Program-made: the position numbers and the translations under genes
Shown here: positions 61,837 through 64,000 of the stretch, in pieces
Layout: every line of letters begins with the position of its first letter
Position numbering within the stretch: position 1 is the first letter of the stretch
From: Anaerolineae bacterium
GTDB lineage: Bacteria; Chloroflexota; Anaerolineae; JAFGEY01
NCBI GenBank assembly: GCA_016783145.1
Contig: JADHXD010000005.1
Location: 1,399-65,398 of the forward strand
Length of the DNA stretch: 64,000 nt
Reading direction: 5' to 3'
Notes under the pieces: model-generated
Told to the model about the DNA's origin: nothing
Databases searched by the model: none
What the model saw: the letters and a program-made list of their open reading frames with translations, nothing else

Positions 61837-64000
61837 CTAGTCGTTCACGTCTGGTTCCATAGAGACAGTGTGAGCTTGAGGAGTATGGAGCTGGGGCCCC
61901 ACCGAGCTCGATCCTGCCGAGCAGCCAACCCGGAAATTGTCAAAGTAAACCTCGGCTCCTGCCGCAAATAAGGACTGGGTCTCCACACCCACCCATCCGC
62001 TACAGGAATATGGCGCTGGCCCTTGCCACAGGAACTCTTCGTTGACGTAGAGAGCGATCGCTGTGTCTGTGCATTCTACCTTCAGGGAGTTGCGCGCAGA
62101 ACCCGCGCGGATATGGGGCGAGTCTACCCAACAAGGCTCGGCTTGGTTGACGCACTCCCAATCTTGCCCATCGTAGTACTTGAGTCGATAGCGCTGTTGG
62201 ACGGGATCGATCACGAACCGGTAGTACGGAGGAATGGGCGCCTGTGAAGACAAGGGGTCGGACAGCCCAAAGATCAACCCATACTCGTGCCCGAGGTCCG
62301 ACCAGCGAGCGTCCGTCTCCAGGACGTACCGAGTGGCGGGTTCAGCCGGTGCCGGCACGATCCTCAGCTCTGCCGTCTTGTTCCAGACCTGGTACTCTCC
62401 ATTCCGATAGCCCATCTGCACGTACGCGTCGTTTTGGGTGGGCCAACCGCTTCCAGGATCGTCAAAACCGTCAAAGAACGGCGTACATAGAGACCGGTAG
62501 CTGCTCAAGACCGTGGGCAGATGCACCTTAAAGATCCTTCGTGTGATCGGTGTGACCACGGTGACCTGGTTGTCTCCAGGATTCAGATCTGGCCCGTTGT
62601 ACGTGTCATCGGCGACTGTCGCCGTGCTGTAGAGGGCTCCCACTTGGTCGGGGAGCGGCTCGTTGACCTGGAGCGTGATGGTGCGGGTGACGGGCGCTCC
62701 GCCGTTCAGGTCGAAAGCAGGCCAGGCCACGTTGCTACTGCCGGGGGGTGTCTCATCGCCGCCATCAGAGGCACTCAGGAATGTCGTATGGTCAGGTACC
62801 ACGTCGGTCACCCGCACCTCTGTGGCGTCCTGGGTGCCCACATTCGAGACCTCGATGACGTAGACCAGGATATCGCCCGGCATAGTGACAGTGAGGTCGT
62901 TCGTCTTGCGGATGACCAGGTCCGGAGCAGCGTCTACAGCGATGACGTACAGGCTGGTGTTGTCTTCAGGCGTTGGATCGGGACCGTTCGCTCCGTCGTC
63001 GCTCACAACAGCAGTGTTGGTGAGCGCCTCCACACCGCTCACCAAGGGGTTTCCCATGGTGAGCGCGATCGTGTAGGTGAAGGTTTCTCCTCCTGGCAGA
63101 TCGAGGCGGGGCCAGGTAACGATGCCCGGCGGATCTTCGGTTCCACCGTCTGAGGCGCTGAAAAGGGCAGTGTGTGCCGGCAGCCGGTCGACCAGTGCCA
63201 GCCCTGTCGCGTTCTGATTGCCCTTGTTGCGAACCAGCAGGGTGTAGGTCAGAATCTCGCCGGGCACCGCGACTGTCCGATCGAGGCCTTTTACGACGAT
63301 CAGATCTGGGGCAGCGCTGGCGATCATCGTGTGCGTGCAGATGTTGTCATCGGGATGAAGGTCTGGGCCGTTGGTTCCATCGTCGCTGACGGCGACGGTG
63401 TTCGTGATCAGCTCTACGCCCTCCGGCAGTGGAGCGACCACCTTGACTACGACCACAACGTCACGGCTGGTCCCTGCATTGAGGGAATCCATCAACCAAG
63501 TGACAACGCCCCCTGCGTGGGCGCCGCCGCCGGTAGCCTTGTCAAACCCTGTATGGTCGGGAAGCACGGCGGTCACCACGATACCCCTGGCGTCCTGACT
63601 GCCCTCGTTCGAAATGGTGATGGCGTAGGTGAGCAGATCGCCCGGTGCGGCAATCAGAGAATCGTTGGTCTGTGTAATCACCAGGTCGGGCACGGCGTCC
63701 ATAACGGTGACGTGGACATCGGTGTTGTTCTCAGGAGTCGGGTCAAGCCCATTCACTCCGTCGTCCTGCACGGTCACGCTGTTCGTGATGACCTGGACAC
63801 CGCTGGGCAACGGATCGTGCACGCGGATCGTCGCTGTGCGAGTGATCGTCTCTCCTCCATTCAGGTCAAAGGCGACCCAGGAGATGTAGCCACCCAGGTG
63901 CACATACCCGTTCGACGCAGAGCGGAACGTCGTGTGCGCGGGCAGTTGGTCCACTAACGTCAGTTTGGTTGCGTTCTGGTTGCCCGCATTCTGAATGGTG
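61837..64000 (-). CDS. large DUF11-repeat surface protein with C-terminal jelly-roll-like domain (5' end beyond the window)
   Basis: At least five repeats of the pattern DLVI.K......PG..L.Y.I.V.N.G.QDA..V.V.D.LP.HT.F. The frame stays open to the window edge (..TIQNAGNQNATKLTLVDQLPAHTTF..). Confidence 0.7.
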   Translation of the reverse strand, partial: TIQNAGNQNATKLTLVDQLPAHTTFRSASNGYVHLGGYISWVAFDLNGGETITRTATIRVHDPLPSGVQVITNSVTVQDDGVNGLDPTPENNTDVHVTVMDAVPDLVITQTNDSLIAAPGDLLTYAITISNEGSQDARGIVVTAVLPDHTGFDKATGGGAHAGGVVTWLMDSLNAGTSRDVVVVVKVVAPLPEGVELITNTVAVSDDGTNGPDLHPDDNICTHTMIASAAPDLIVVKGLDRTVAVPGEILTYTLLVRNKGNQNATGLALVDRLPAHTALFSASDGGTEDPPGIVTWPRLDLPGGETFTYTIALTMGNPLVSGVEALTNTAVVSDDGANGPDPTPEDNTSLYVIAVDAAPDLVIRKTNDLTVTMPGDILVYVIEVSNVGTQDATEVRVTDVVPDHTTFLSASDGGDETPPGSSNVAWPAFDLNGGAPVTRTITLQVNEPLPDQVGALYSTATVADDTYNGPDLNPGDNQVTVVTPITRRIFKVHLPTVLSSYRSLCTPFFDGFDDPGSGWPTQNDAYVQMGYRNGEYQVWNKTAELRIVPAPAEPATRYVLETDARWSDLGHEYGLIFGLSDPLSSQAPIPPYYRFVIDPVQQRYRLKYYDGQDWECVNQAEPCWVDSPHIRAGSARNSLKVECTDTAIALYVNEEFLWQGPAPYSCSGWVGVETQSLFAAGAEVYFDNFRVGCSAGSSSVGPQLHTPQAHTVSMEPDVND

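Noticed and set aside
1-64000. Search for CRISPR arrays, tRNA/rRNA genes, IS elements, integrases and prophage genes
   Set aside because: I noticed none of the following: direct-repeat/spacer arrays, tRNA-like T-arm (GGTTCGAATCC-type) sequences in intergenic regions, or transposase/integrase-like ORFs. The only DNA-level tandem repeats are intragenic (53052-53246 and 56752-57886).

Overview
High-GC (about 60%) bacterial chromosomal segment. Protein style suggests a Chloroflexota-like organism: Pro/Thr-rich linkers, DUF11 repeat proteins, a giant STAND-kinase, frequent GTG/TTG starts. This is inference only. I can support about 50 protein-coding genes. I recognised no rRNA, tRNA, CRISPR array, transposase or integrase. 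The dominant feature is a ~13-kb minus-strand operon (34604 down to 21683) for the carbonyl branch of the Wood-Ljungdahl pathway. Its gene order is: small HMA-like protein, CODH (AcsA/CooS), AcsB fused in frame to AcsD, AcsC, corrinoid reductive activator (RACo), CooC, AcsE, then a GNAT, a Cys-rich protein and a duplicated coiled-coil peptide. A perfect consensus promoter, a ~330-nt apparently non-coding structured leader and a strong intrinsic terminator precede the operon; I could not assign this leader to any known RNA family. Other notable modules: (1) a translin/TRAX-like gene overlapping a membrane-anchored Cas4-like nuclease that is split into two ORFs; (2) a bacterial eRF1/Vms1-like gene 7 nt upstream of tgt; (3) a Roadblock + V4R + REC/degenerate-GGDEF operon with no GTPase; (4) a 1634-aa STAND-NTPase/TPR/Ser-Thr-kinase/TPR protein whose stop overlaps the start of a TM-DUF11-LysM protein; (5) a gingipain-like C25 peptidase broken by one in-frame TGA; (6) a PyrK-like gene remnant. 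The rest is housekeeping or metabolic: cysS end, darA-like, ABC-2 exporter, pcm, obg, GH38 mannosidase, ADH, enolase-superfamily enzyme, ceramidase-like, YeeE/YedE pair, tgt, htrA, SPFH, SIS/PfkB/AAC(3)-like operon, YprA/MrfA-like helicase, AKR, mpg. All functional calls rest on my reading of the translated ORFs and remembered family motifs. No database search was run.
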